The notes under the pieces were generated by a model. It searched no databases, had not been told where the DNA came from, and was given only the letters and a program-made list of their open reading frames with translations. Below, one piece after another: positions 7,696 through 19,057 of a stretch of DNA of 64,000 bases. Source of the stretch: an uncultured Phycisphaerales bacterium (GTDB taxonomy: Bacteria; Planctomycetota; Phycisphaerae; Tepidisphaerales; Tepidisphaeraceae); the NCBI GenBank assembly GCA_963758525.1, contig CAVWVQ010000003.1, positions 4,128,001-4,192,000 on the forward strand. The letters are read 5' to 3'. Within the stretch, counting starts at the first letter, position 1. Each line of letters begins with the position of its first letter. The position numbers were made by a program, and so were the translations under genes.

Positions 7696-9173
7696 ATGAA
7701 TCGCTCCCGGCAGCCCCTCCTTCTCCGTTGCAGGCCAAAATGCTGCGACGCGCCATGGATCTGGGCGTCTACTGCTGGTGTCTGGACCTGCAGCTCAACA
7801 TCAACGCCTCGCCTGATGAACGCGCGGGGAGGGCAGACGCCGGTGTGGTTCCAGCTGTCGTCGCGGCCGCACGCGACTGCCGGCTCAAGGGCCAACCCAT
7901 CGCAAGCACTCCAATCGACGGGCTGAAGTTGCTGGCGCTCCCCGGCCGTGATGGTGTGATCGTGGCGGATCTTTCCTGTAAGCGAGCACCGCAGGTTCCC
8001 GCCGATCTGCTTGTCTCCATTCTGAATAACTATCACACCGATCTCAATCGCGCGGCGACCGATCATTTGGCGATCGGGGGATTCAGCGCGAGCCTGTCCC
8101 AGTCGTACGAAGAGATCAATCTGCTTTTTCGGATGGCGACATCGCTCACCAGCACCGACGATCCGCGCCGGATAGTGCAATTATTCGGCAATGAGCTGCG
8201 CGAGGTTCTTTGCTATGGCTGGTTGGCTGTCGCATTTCAGGCAGGCGAGTCGGTTCTCGAATCGCTACGGGGCTTAATCCAATATTCAGGACGGCTCCCG
8301 TGCAAGGAGCCGGAGTTTCATTCATACCTCGGGACCATCCCCACATCGAAGAAGGCCAGAGTCTTATCCCCCACCCAAAACGTCCTGGCAGCAAAAGCCG
8401 GTTCGGAGCTCATCGCACAGTCGCTGATGCACGACGGCGTCGCCGTTGGTGTCATCGTCGCAGGCAATCGGGGCGGAACTGATCCGGATGTCAGCAGCGA
8501 TGAACTGCAGTTCACGGAAGCGGCTGCGCGATTTCTGGGCCTTTTCCATCAGAACGCACGACGATTTGCAGATCAACGGCAGCAATTTCTGGGGACTCTG
8601 AAGGTACTTACTGCCGCAGTGGATGCCAAAGACCCGTACACGCGCGGTCATTCGGAGCGGGTTGCGAGCCTTGGGGCGCAATTGGCAACTAAATTGGGAT
8701 TCAATCCCGAAACGATCGAGGCAATCCGCGTGGCCGGCCTGCTGCACGACATAGGAAAGATCGGCGTACCTGAAGCCATCCTCAGAAAGCCGGGCAAGCT
8801 GACGGATGAAGAGTTTGATTTTGTGAAGAAACATCCGGAGATCGGCTATCGCATCCTGAAAGACCTCCCGTCTTTGAGCCTTCATCTTCCGGGAGTGCTT
8901 CACCATCACGAGCGATGGGACGGTCGCGGATACCCTTATGGACTTCGCGGCGCCGCGATTCCGATGGTCGCGCGGATCCTTGCGTTCGCCGACACATTCG
9001 ACGCGATGAGTTCAAACCGCTCCTATCGATGCGCAATGGCTCGTCCATGGATTCTGGAAGAAATTCGTAAAGGGTCAGGCACGCAATTTGACCCGCAACT
9101 GGTGGAATTATTTACCTTCCTGGATTTTGCCGAGTTCGATAAGCTGCTGATCTCATCCGCAGCCGCTGCCTGA
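7692..9173 (+). CDS. HD-GYP domain phosphodiesterase with N-terminal GAF-like region
   Basis: DPYTRGHS, LLHDIGK, HHERWDGRGYP, ADTFDAM motifs. Confidence 0.9.
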   Translation: MNESLPAAPPSPLQAKMLRRAMDLGVYCWCLDLQLNINASPDERAGRADAGVVPAVVAAARDCRLKGQPIASTPIDGLKLLALPGRDGVIVADLSCKRAPQVPADLLVSILNNYHTDLNRAATDHLAIGGFSASLSQSYEEINLLFRMATSLTSTDDPRRIVQLFGNELREVLCYGWLAVAFQAGESVLESLRGLIQYSGRLPCKEPEFHSYLGTIPTSKKARVLSPTQNVLAAKAGSELIAQSLMHDGVAVGVIVAGNRGGTDPDVSSDELQFTEAAARFLGLFHQNARRFADQRQQFLGTLKVLTAAVDAKDPYTRGHSERVASLGAQLATKLGFNPETIEAIRVAGLLHDIGKIGVPEAILRKPGKLTDEEFDFVKKHPEIGYRILKDLPSLSLHLPGVLHHHERWDGRGYPYGLRGAAIPMVARILAFADTFDAMSSNRSYRCAMARPWILEEIRKGSGTQFDPQLVELFTFLDFAEFDKLLISSAAAA

Positions 9174-9242
9174 ACGCCCGGTATTCAACCAGGCCTCGCT
9201 TCGCCCCTTGCGTCCCACTGCCGTTCGAAAGGCCTGAGCTTT

Positions 9243-9506
9243 ATGTTTGTGAGAATTTCAAGACCTCACGAGGAGCAGGAGCTGTTGCTCAACGCAGATC
9301 ACATCTCAAAAATCGTCGTGTCGTATGTGATTGGAAACGAACCGAACTACACGAAAACGTCTTTGAAAGATGGGGCAGACAACCCCAAGGCCAAGCGAGT
9401 GTATCAGGTGCACGTTGGATCAGACGTTATTCGCGTTGTCAGCAAGCCGGACGATCCGGTCGTTGCCTTTCTCGAGTCGCTCTATCGAGATGCAATGAAA
9501 GGCTGA
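9243..9506 (+). CDS. Hypothetical protein
   Basis: 87-aa ATG ORF with protein-like composition. Confidence 0.55.
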   Translation: MFVRISRPHEEQELLLNADHISKIVVSYVIGNEPNYTKTSLKDGADNPKAKRVYQVHVGSDVIRVVSKPDDPVVAFLESLYRDAMKG

Positions 9507-9779
9507 GCCGGCAAGGGCACTCCAGCAGCCGTCGTAAAGGTCGCGCGCCCGCCGCTTGCGTCTTTGGGCCGGGTCACCATTCGTCCCGCGTACCCTGACA
9601 GCCTGCGCTATCACCCGGGCAACTCACCGATCAAGTCGAGAAGCAATTGGCCTATTCGCCAGGCTCTCTGAGCGATTGAACGATGGTTCCGGGCCGTTTG
9701 CATTCAATTCTAATCCGGCAGTTCGAGAGGGTCTTACTCAGCGGTGATTACGATGTGACCTTTCACGTCCGCGATTTAA

Positions 9780-10345
9780 TTGGGTGGCTGCAATAAAGAG
9801 CGACAGACACAGGTTTTGGAAGACTGTGAAGGCGCCGAGTCCGTGATTGTGCGGCAACTCGGCGCAGTTTACGACGACTTCAGCGCGTGCCGCGGGCTCT
9901 ATGCGGGCCTTGATCCCGATGAGGCTATTTCCGCGAGATCTGATTTGGCGTTTAATTTTGTCGATGAGTCTGCGGTCGATTACGGAGTCATTGACGAGGG
10001 ACTTTTGTCAGAAGAACTCAGGCGTTGGATCCAGAGTTTCGAGCGGATCATGGCCTTCGACGAGCGGGCGATCATGTATGTGCGGGAGGCCGGTAGCATC
10101 CGCATGTTCTTGGAGAAAACTGGTGATACGGCCCGTGATGTACTTTTTTATCAAGAGCTACGAAAGCTGCATCTCCTCAATGACAATAAGTTTTTGCGGC
10201 ATGTTCGGGCGGAACAAACGGTAATGGAAATGCTCGCTGCGGATACCGATTCAATCGATCGAGCACGTCAACAAATTCTCGAAGAAAAAATCAGGCGCGG
10301 CGAAGTTCGGCTGCCCTGCTGGAAATCGTTTGAGCCCAGGGGAGC
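9780..10345 (+). pseudogene. Hypothetical protein, probably truncated where it runs into the IS4 remnant
   Basis: First ~185 aa look protein-like; the rest of ORF 9780-10988 is antisense to IS4 and DUF3800 sequence. Confidence 0.4.
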
Positions 10346-10707
10346 GCGTGTACCGACGCGACCCGAGCGCACGCAGGCAACTGACTGTTTCGCGCAGGCT
10401 GGAGCGAACGGTGAGTTGCGCGAAGATCATGCAGAGGAGCTGATCCATGCAGGAGAAGCGACCGGCCTTTTTCTCCCCGGCATACCGCTCGATGGCCCCG
10501 TCGAAAGCTCGGCGAGGAAGCAGATCGAGAAGTTGAGCGAAGACGGTGCGGCCATTGTTCATCCGCGTATGGTCGCGGAGACTTGCCGCAAACGTGCGGA
10601 AGATCGGCGAATGAAATTGAAATCGTGTACCCTAACACCCGAGCAGAAGATCCTATGGAAATCGAGTTATGCCGACCCTAACGCCACGTTTTCGCCGGAC
10701 AACAGTG
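10345..10707 (-). mobile_element. IS4-family remnant (left end plus N-terminal DUF4372 region of transposase)
   Basis: MNNGRTVFAQLLDLLPRRAF...FSCMDQLLCMIFAQLT.RSSLRE from 10562; terminal CACTGTTGTCCGG at 10707; truncated after about 70 aa. Confidence 0.8.
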
Positions 10708-10994
10708 GGCCGCCATACCTTTTTTCAGCGCCGAGTGGGCGAGCGGAGCCAGTTCGGTATCGGGATGTGGATTGGGCGGGCTGCGCTTCTGAACCGCTTG
10801 CGCTTCAAGAGTCGCTTGGCCTTCATTTCCGTGACGCGAAGGTTCCGCAGATAGTCAGCGAAGCGATCCTTCTCGGCGGAGCGGACGGCTTGTACCAGGT
10901 TCCACAGGTTATCTTCCGCGATGGCCACGCCAGCCAACACCTCGCACGGCATGTCGTGATGATCGTGTCCGCTTTCATCTATGAATAACAGCAT
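10708..10994 (-). pseudogene. DUF3800 family protein, truncated at the IS4 end
   Basis: MLLFIDESG N-terminal motif typical of DUF3800; frame breaks just before the IS4 terminus. Confidence 0.7.
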
Positions 10995-11024
10995 CGCGTC
11001 TCTTTTCAGCGTTATCGTTTGATA

Positions 11025-12221
11025 TCACGCGGTTTTGCCAAGCTGCGTCGGCGCCGCCGCCGCGGACTGACGACGGGCGAACTCCACGACCTCCATCATA
11101 TCTTCGGGAACCAGGGCCGCGTAATGGCGACGGCAAATCTCCGGACTGTTTCCCATCAGCTTGCTGATCTTGTGCAAGCTGATGTTCGCCATCGCCAATT
11201 GGCTGCCGAACGTGTGGCGGAAGTCGAGACAACCCCACCGCAGGCGGGCCTTGTGGTTGATGTCGCGCAGGTCGTGCGAAAAGTTATCGCAATCCCAGCG
11301 CCGCCCCTGCGGCCCGGGGAAGAACCAGCCATGATCGGACATGCGCGGCTGGTACTTGTCCAGATACGCCCGTAAATCGCTGCTGATCGGCACCGCCCGA
11401 TTGACGCCGGTCTTGGGCTTCCACGACTCGCCACCGATGGACTTGGCGCGCACGCGGATCATGCCATGGGCGCCGGTGTCGTAGTCGATGTCGTCAATGG
11501 TCAGCCACAACAATTCCTCGCGCCGCAACCCCGCGTAAATCAGCATGGCAGCCATCGTCTGCATCTGCTGGCGATCGGCGAGCAGATCCAATTGCTCTTG
11601 GATCTGAGGAAGGGTGAGGAATCGGATCTCCGGCGGGCTCTCCTTGTACCTCTGCACCGCCGACGCCGGATTGATCCCGCCGGCCATGCGGATGCCGCCC
11701 TGCGTCGTGGCCCAGTTGATCAGCGCGGACATGATCTCTCTGTAACGATTAGCGGTTTTGGGTTTGAGGCCACGCGAGAGCATCTGGGCCTGAATGAACT
11801 TGGAAATGTCGGCGGTGGCAATCGCTTCGAAATAGCGGGCCGTGATCAGCTGTGCCCGGCGGCGCCGGTCCTGTCCTTCGCGCGGCTTGCACTTGCGGGA
11901 CCGGGGGCCGATCTTGCGGCTGGTGATTTTCAGGGCATCGCAAACCGGTCCGAACATGTCGCGGAGGTAATACAGATCCGTTTGCGCGCTCTTGGCCGTC
12001 TTGATCGCCCGGATATGCTCCACGTAGCCGCTCAGTACATTGGCAACAGGCGTCTGCGTGGGAAGCGACGAAACCGCTCCCCGTCCCTGGGCGGACTCAA
12101 ACTGCCGCTTCTTTTCCTTGGCGATCTGCAGCGACTCGGTCTCCAGCGAGACCGCCTGCTTCCGTTTGTTCAGGTAGTACGTGAGATACCAGATCGAACC
12201 GCGTTGTTTGAGACCAGCCAT
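11025..12221 (-). CDS. Tyrosine recombinase / phage-type integrase
   Basis: AGLRREE, K, DFRHTFGS, LMGN and HY catalytic motifs; N-terminal arm-binding-like region; GGAGG RBS; adjacent to tRNA 3' end. Confidence 0.92.
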   Translation of the reverse strand: MAGLKQRGSIWYLTYYLNKRKQAVSLETESLQIAKEKKRQFESAQGRGAVSSLPTQTPVANVLSGYVEHIRAIKTAKSAQTDLYYLRDMFGPVCDALKITSRKIGPRSRKCKPREGQDRRRRAQLITARYFEAIATADISKFIQAQMLSRGLKPKTANRYREIMSALINWATTQGGIRMAGGINPASAVQRYKESPPEIRFLTLPQIQEQLDLLADRQQMQTMAAMLIYAGLRREELLWLTIDDIDYDTGAHGMIRVRAKSIGGESWKPKTGVNRAVPISSDLRAYLDKYQPRMSDHGWFFPGPQGRRWDCDNFSHDLRDINHKARLRWGCLDFRHTFGSQLAMANISLHKISKLMGNSPEICRRHYAALVPEDMMEVVEFARRQSAAAAPTQLGKTA

Positions 12222-12278
12222 CGCAACCTCCCGCACTGCGGGGGAAAGAGGATGGCGAGTCGTTTCCTGCTCGGCCGG

Positions 12279-12302
12279 ATGGGGTACAAAATGGGGTACA
12301 AA
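12279..12302. repeat. Tandem 12-bp direct repeat ATGGGGTACAAA x2, candidate integrase arm-binding sites
   Basis: Exact tandem copies between integrase start and tRNA 3' end. Confidence 0.55.
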
Positions 12303-12320
12303 TGCCCATTTTTGGCCAAT

Positions 12321-12352
12321 AAAAAAGGGACTCGCGTTTGCCGCAAGTCCCT
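12321..12352 (-). terminator. Intrinsic terminator downstream of tRNA
   Basis: AGGGACTTGCG/CGCGAGTCCCT hairpin followed by a T-run on the minus strand. Confidence 0.6.
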
Positions 12353-12366
12353 ATCAGATCATCGAA

Positions 12367-12440
<74 letters not shown>

Positions 12441-12559
12441 ATCTTTGAGTTCCTCATCTTATGGCTTCGTCCACCGCACGTCAAGGTTGCGCTACGACAG
12501 TTCCGCCACGACAAGTTCCGCCGCGGGGGTTGGCGCTCGAAAATCGCGATCGGCTCAGC

Positions 12560-12628
12560 GTAGGGGCGGGATTCATCCCGCCGATTTGCTGGCCGGCCGA
12601 GAAAACGGCGGGATGAATCCCGCCCTAC
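12560..12628. repeat. GTAG-type REP doublet (GTAGGGCGGGATTCATCCCGCC, inverted pair)
   Basis: Same unit at 17586-17657, 59086-59153 and a half copy at 60712-60737. Confidence 0.85.
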
Positions 12629-12841
12629 CAGGGCAAGATCCGCAGTCGCCATGATTCGAAGTTACCTCGCCACTGCGCCAGGTTCTGCGGCGCGACAATT
12701 GTGTGGGGTGCTTCCGGAAGGAAGATAGCCTACGGAGCAAACGCCGTGGGCCTTCGGCAGATCGCGCTGCGTCAGACATCCCGTCGGAACGAGCTGCTAC
12801 GCGAGCGCCATGGCGCGAAGGTCGGGGACTGGCGGAATCGC

Positions 12842-15800
12842 TCAATGCAACATCGCCGCGATCAGGTCGGCGCTGCCGTTGGTGCCGACGAGGTTGGCGG
12901 TTTTCAGGAAGGTGATCTTCAGCGTTTGGCCGGCCGAGGCGGCTTTGTAGGTGATGGTATAGACATTGGTGTACAGGCCGGAAACTCCTGACGTGACTGT
13001 GTAGTCGGCGGCGGAGCCGTCGGAGAGATGGGCGGTGAGGGATGTCGAAACATTGTTGCCGCCGGCGTAGATGGTGAGCGTGCGGGTGGTGGTGTCGGCG
13101 GGGGCGGTGAAGGAGTAGCCGGTGTTGAGTGCGCCGTTGCTCCAGATGTAGCCGTGGTCGTTGTTGTCGGAGGCGGTGGGGGAGCCGTCGGTCCAGGTCG
13201 CGTTGCGTGAAGCGTCGGTGTATCCGCCGGAGTTGGCTCCGGCGCCGACGACGGTCGCGTTGGAGATCTGCGACGAGCCGGCGGCTTTGTGGTCGAAGTT
13301 GCCGTAGGCGCCTCCGCGGCCCCAGTGAGCCCAGTCGCTGGTGCCGAGGGTTGTGAGATTGTAGGAAGAGGGGGCGCTGGCGATTTGTCCGGAGAGCGAG
13401 CCGGCGCCTGGCGCGGGGATGGCGATTTGGAAATTGCCCAGCGTGGCCTGCACTGCGGAGTTGTTGCTGGTGTCGGTGACGGAGCCGCCGACAAGGGTGA
13501 CGGTGTAGCTTCCGTTGGCGGCCGTGGTCCAGCCGCCTGAGGGCGCCGCGACAGAGTAGGTCGCGGTGATCGTCGCGCCGTTGCCCGAAGGCGACGCGCT
13601 GACGAACGTGGCGGTCTGACTGGTTGGGCCGGTCAGCCCGATGTTGCCGCTGGCCAGGCTCGAAGCGTTCACCGCGACGTTATCGGTGTACACAATCTGG
13701 AGTGTCACCGCAGTTGAAGACGACGTGAGCGTGGGAACCGGCTGCAGGGTAGCCTGCGGCTTGGTCGTGTCAGGCGCCGCTGCGCCCGCGAGATATGCGG
13801 CGATAAGATCGACGCTGCCGCCGGTGCCGTTGATGTTGGTGCTCTTGACGTAGCTGATCGTCAGCTTCTGGCCCGCTGAAGCAGCCTTGTAGGTGATGGT
13901 GTAGAGGTTGGTGTAGAGGGCGTTGCCGGAAGCGGTGAGGACCACGTCGGTGGCCGATCCATCGGAGAGATGGGCCGTGAGCGTTCCGCCGCTGGAGTTG
14001 CCGCCGGCATAGACGTAGAGCGTGCGCGTGGTGGTGTCGGCGGGGGCCGTGAAGGAGTAGCCGGCGCCGATGGCGGTGTTGGCCCAGATGTAGCCGTGCT
14101 CGTTGGTGTCGGATGCGTCGGGCGTTCCGTCGGTCCAACTGGCATTGCGCGAGTTGTCGGAATAGCCGCCGTAGCTGCCGCTGCCCAGCGTGGTGACGTT
14201 GGAGATTTGGGAAGCACCGGCGGACTTGTGGTCGAAGTTTCCATAAGTGCCGCCGCGGCCCCAGTGGGCCCAGTCGGCCGTGCCGAGGGCGGTGAGGTTG
14301 TAGCTGGAAGCGGCGATCGCTTGACCGCCGGTCAACGAGCCGCGCCGGGCGCGGGAATCGCAATCTGGAAATTGCCCAGCGTTGCCGCTGATGCAAAGTT
14401 GCCGCTGGTATCACTGACGGAGTTGGCCGCGAGAGATACCAAATAGGTTCCATTGGCAGCCGTCGTCCATCCGCCTGCTGGCGCGGCGACGGAGTAGGTC
14501 GCGGTAATCGTCGCGCTGTTGCTGGAAGGCGACGCGCTGACGAACTTGGCGGTCTGACTGGTCGGGCCGCTGAGCGCCAGGTTGCCGGTTGCAAGGTTGG
14601 CCTCGTTCACCGCGACATTGTCGGTGTAGACGACGTTCAATGTTTCCGAAGCGACCGAACTCGTGAGCGTGCTGGTTGGCTGCAACAGAGCCTGCGGCGG
14701 CGTGGCGTCGGGCGCGGGAATGGCAATCTGAAACGTTCCGAGCGTGGTCGCGGGCGTGAAGTTATTGCTTGAGTCACTGATCAAGCTGGCGGGAAGCACA
14801 ATGGAATATGTTCCATTGTCGGAGGTGGTCCATCCGCCGGATGGCGGCGCAGTCGCGACGTAGGTCGCCGTGACGGTGGCGCTATTGGTAATCGTCTCGC
14901 TGCTGTAGTTCGCCTGTCGGCTCGTAGGATAGCCGTTCAGTTGGAGAATGCTGTTGGGGATCTGGCTCAGGTTCAGCGCGACATTGTCGGTGTAGACGAC
15001 AGCGAACGTGGCCGACTGCGACGGGGAGGTAATCGGTGACGGCGAAGACTTCAGCGACGCCTGCGGTGGAATCGTGTCCTGCGTCGGCGCTCCCGGCATG
15101 ACCGCCGCGATGAGATCGACGCTGCCGCCGGCGCCGTTGATATTGGTGCTCTTGACGTAGCTGATGGTCAGCTTCTGCCCCGCGGAGGCGGCCTTGTAGG
15201 TGATGGTGTAGAGGTTGGTGTAGATCGCATTGCCCGAGGCGGTGAAGACAACGTCGGCGGAAGATCCGTCGGAAAGATGAGCCGTGAGCGTGCTGCCGCT
15301 GGAGTAGCCGCCGGCATAAATGTAGAGCGTGCGCGTGGCGGTATCCGCGGGAACGGTGAACGAGTAACCGGCGCCAATGACATTGTTGGCCCAGATATAG
15401 CCGTGCTCGCTGGTGTCTGATGCGTCGGGGGTTCCATCGGTCCAAGAGGCGTTGCGCGAGTTGTCGGAATATCCGCCGTAGCTTGCGCCGCTGCCGAGAG
15501 TGGTGACGTTGGAGATTTGCGAACCGCCGGCGGCTTTGTGATCGAAGTTGCCGTAGGTTCCGCCGCGGCCCCAATGCGCCCAGTCAGCGGTGCCCAGTGA
15601 TGTCAGATTGTACGAGGAGGATGCCGCCGCGGACTGGCCCGAGAGCGTGCCGGAGGGGGTGACGCTCAGCGTCGCGGCATTGCTGGTGGCGCTGTTGACG
15701 GAATTGGTGAAGACGGCGCGAAACTGATTGCCGTTCTGACTTGCCGAGACCGAGGTGAGCGTGAGCGTGGTGGTTGTCGCTGATGCGTTGCCGGTGATAT

Positions 15801-17292
15801 TCGCGAAGGTTTTCCCGCCATCGGTGCTGATTTGCCATTGCACGGTGGGAGCCGGACTCCCCGAGGCGGCCGCAGTAAAGGACGCGTTCTGCCCGGCTGA
15901 AACTCCTACGCTCGATGGATTGGCCGTGACGATTGGCGCTGTCGCGGGAGTGGGAACCAGCGCGGGTAATAGAAGGTTGGCAATGGGGGTTCCGATGCCC
16001 GACGCCAGGTCATATCCGCCGCCGGCGGCGTAGCCGTTGTTACCGGTGGTAATGTCATGAAAGCTGGAGGCCGGGAGGGTGTACAGCGCCGGCAGCGCCT
16101 GGGTGGCGCCGGTGAACGCCGAGTAGCCGCCGATGACGCGGCCCTGATCGGCCACTGCAATCAGCCCGCTCCACATCGGGGTTGAAAGGCTGGTGCCGCC
16201 TTCCGCTCCCGCCAGCCAAGGCGTGGAAGCGCCAAAGTCGGTCGAGTCGTAGAGGGCGACGCCGGGCGCGCTGGGGTCGGCTTCCATCGAGACGTCGGGG
16301 TACGTGCGATGGCTGCTCGACAGGCCGTTGATTTTGCCGACCTGATAACTCGGGATCGGCTCGTATGCGCTGATGCCGCCTCCACCTCCGCTTTTTTTCC
16401 CGCTGGAAGTTCCATTTCCCCAGGCGGACTCGCTGCCGTAAGTGTTATTCGCGCCGACGGTCAGAGTGGTTCCACCGACGGCAATTACATTGGGCGACAC
16501 GGAGGGATACTGCGGAGAAATAGTCGTGGTCCCCGAGGCGTAGGCGCCCGAGTCACCCGTGGAAACGACGAATGTGACGCCGGTGTGATTGAAGATGCTG
16601 TCGGTGGTGGTTTCGCCGGAATATTCGGCGCCGCCCCAGCTATTGGAAACCACCGACACGCCGGCGATGTTCGCGGCGGCCTGATCGGCGGTGTAGAGAT
16701 TTCCCGAGTCATCGTTCGCTTCCACCAACACGATGTTCGCATCCGGCGCGGTGACGTGAGCCCACTCGATGTCCAGCGACTCTTCCACTTCCCAGGAATC
16801 GCCGCTGGGCGCAACGGGATCGATGCCAGGCAGCGGCGACGCGGCGCCGGCCTGATTCAGCTTGCTAAATGACGGGCTGCTGCCGCCGTTGTTGAACAGC
16901 GGCAGCGAAAACTGCGTCGAAAACGCATTGAGGTCGCTCAGGGCGTGTGGATCGTCGTAGGCATCGACGATGGCAATCGTCTGCCCTGCTCCGTTGCCCG
17001 AGACGGCACCGAATCGAAAATTGGTGAGGCCATACGCCCCCTGCATTTGCGCGGGCGTCAGCCCGTACGGAGAGGAGGAGCCATCAGCATTGGATACAGC
17101 GTTGTTGGCGCAATTGGGCGCAGCCCGCCAACCGGCGGGGACATTCAATTCGGCCGGCGAACGCAACGGCGCAATCGAGAGAAGCAGCCGATGCTCCAAA
17201 CACTCGACGAACGCGCTGGCGGCAGTCGTGAAACGACCGCCCTTGCCTTTCCCAGACCGCAGATTCTTCCCTGAACCCATCTCGCGCCACAT
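12842..17292 (-). CDS. Secreted S53 (sedolisin-like) peptidase with Ig-like domain and C-terminal repeats; one frameshift near 14335
   Basis: LEHRLLLS motif; EESLDIEW, STGDSG and GGTSLS catalytic motifs; repeat pattern continues across ORFs 14332-17292 and 12842-14335. Confidence 0.85.
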
Positions 17293-17585
17293 TCTTATCT
17301 ATTGCCCTGACCCAGACTTATCTTCGCTCTGCAAAAGTGAACGAACTGATGTGAGCCGTTTGCTCGGCAACCAACATTCCCCTTGAAGGGACCGCACGCC
17401 GAGCCAACTGATTACTACTCAATTTCAATACGAATACGGAAGACAGCCTTGGAAGTTCTGAGAATGATGATCGTGCCGTTTCGCAGGCTTCTGGGGAGTA
17501 AGCTAATGATGTATTTGAAAAAGTCCAATCAGATTTTTGCGAAGTCCGCTGAAGCGGTATGGCGCTCGAAACTGGCGATCGCCGG

Positions 17586-17657
17586 GTAGGGCGGGATTCA
17601 TCCCGCCGATTTGTTGGCCGGCCGGAAAAAAAAACGGCGGGATGAATCCCGCCCTAC
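17586..17657. repeat. GTAG-type REP doublet
   Basis: Near-identical to 12560-12628. Confidence 0.85.
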
Positions 17658-17712
17658 GATCGCAAAGCCGCATTGCATCGGAGCAATCCGCTGTCCCCGC
17701 TCGACTTATCAC

Positions 17713-17898
17713 TCAGTGCGCTTGTGGCTTTGATGTCGCGGGAGGTGTTGAAGGCGGTAGGGGCGGGGCTGGCGGGGGATTGGAGGCAGCGGTTGCCGCC
17801 ATCTCCGTTTGGATACGCTCCCGCTCGTTGGTCACGAGCCGCAGGAAAGTCCAGACGCACACGCCGGCAACAGCGCAAGTCAGCAGATCGGGAATCAT
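17713..17898 (-). CDS. Small hypothetical membrane protein
   Basis: 61 aa, N-terminal hydrophobic helix, Pro/Ala-rich tail. Confidence 0.45.
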   Translation of the reverse strand: MIPDLLTCAVAGVCVWTFLRLVTNERERIQTEMAATAASNPPPAPPLPPSTPPATSKPQAH

Positions 17899-18237
17899 TC
17901 ATCCGTTTTATCGGCAGAAAACGAGGCGAGCCGCAATACGGTCCGCTCCGCTGGCGGGCGTGCGCGAATTTCCGGGTGCAACCTGTTCGCGGCGATATCC
18001 CGCTCTTGCCCCCTCCCCTGGTACTGCTCCGAAAAGAGGTGTGGGAGACCAAGAAAACGTCCAAGGCCCAATGGCCAACAAAATCCCAAATCACAATGAC
18101 CAATGCGAGAACCAGCCTTGGGCCTTGGACCTTGGGGCTTTGTTGGCCATTGGGCCTTGGACATTTCTGCTCTGAGCAGACATCGCCCGAGTGCGACGTG
18201 GTCCCGCAGATTCCATCGAAACGGCATCGCCGCTCCT

Positions 18238-19029
18238 TCAGGCGGGCGGCAGATTTTCCGGCAGAGGTGGCGGAAGCGGAGGGCTGCCGTGCCGGTACAT
18301 CACGATCAAGACCTGCTCCATCGTGATCATTCCCTCAGTGACCATCGTTTCCAGGTCCGGCAGCAGCAGCCGAATCTTCTCCTCCGTGTCTACAATTTCG
18401 ATGACCACGGGGAGGTCGGTGGACATTTCGAGCAGGGCCGCCTTGTGAACGACGCTTTTGGCGCCGAATCCTTCGGTGCCTCGCAGCACCGTCGCGCCGG
18501 CGAGACCGAGTTCGCGCACCCTCTGCACGATGGCCTCATAGAGGGGCCGGTTGTGGAATCGATCCGACTCGCCGATGAAAACCCGAAGCAACACGCCGTT
18601 TTCGTTGATCTTCATATGGCTCCCTGCCTGCACGCGAGGAATGGTGGAAAGGGGGTCGAGTGCGCCGGCAAGACGCAGCTTCTCCGGCTGGCCGTGGGAC
18701 GCGTCGCGGTACATCATGACCGCGGCGCGCTCCAGCGTGAGCATTCCGCCGACCATGATTTGATCGAGGGGGCCTTGAATGAATCCGATGATCTTCTCCG
18801 CGGTGTCCACCACCTCCACGACGACCGGCACACGATCAACAATCGACCACTTGGAGGATTGAAGCATTCCGTGGTGTCCGGCGCCGAGAATTCCGCGCAG
18901 CACCGTAGCCCCGGCCAGATGCGCGTTCCTCGCCGCCTTCACGATCCGCTGATGCGTGGGGGCGAACGGCGCGCGATCCGCGTTGCGGAGGTAGACCCGC
19001 ATGAGAACTTGTTCACCTGAAAGACTCAT
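18238..19029 (-). CDS. Tandem DUF190 (PII-like) domain protein
   Basis: Two copies of the LAGATVLRG..G.G...PVV.E.VD motif; directly downstream of crcB. Confidence 0.88.
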   Translation of the reverse strand: MSLSGEQVLMRVYLRNADRAPFAPTHQRIVKAARNAHLAGATVLRGILGAGHHGMLQSSKWSIVDRVPVVVEVVDTAEKIIGFIQGPLDQIMVGGMLTLERAAVMMYRDASHGQPEKLRLAGALDPLSTIPRVQAGSHMKINENGVLLRVFIGESDRFHNRPLYEAIVQRVRELGLAGATVLRGTEGFGAKSVVHKAALLEMSTDLPVVIEIVDTEEKIRLLLPDLETMVTEGMITMEQVLIVMYRHGSPPLPPPLPENLPPA

Positions 19030-19057
19030 CGCTTCACTTTCACGCCGGGATGCTCCC

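Noticed and set aside
9780..10988. 402-aa ORF as a single gene
   Set aside because: Its distal half is antisense to IS4 and DUF3800 remnants.
12842..15650. DGR-like template/variable repeat pair among the S53 repeats
   Set aside because: Differences are not adenine-specific, all copies are coding, and no reverse transcriptase is present.
12560..17657. CRISPR array or composite transposon from the palindromic repeats
   Set aside because: Repeats are isolated inverted doublets with no regular spacers, no cas genes and no transposase; they fit REPs.
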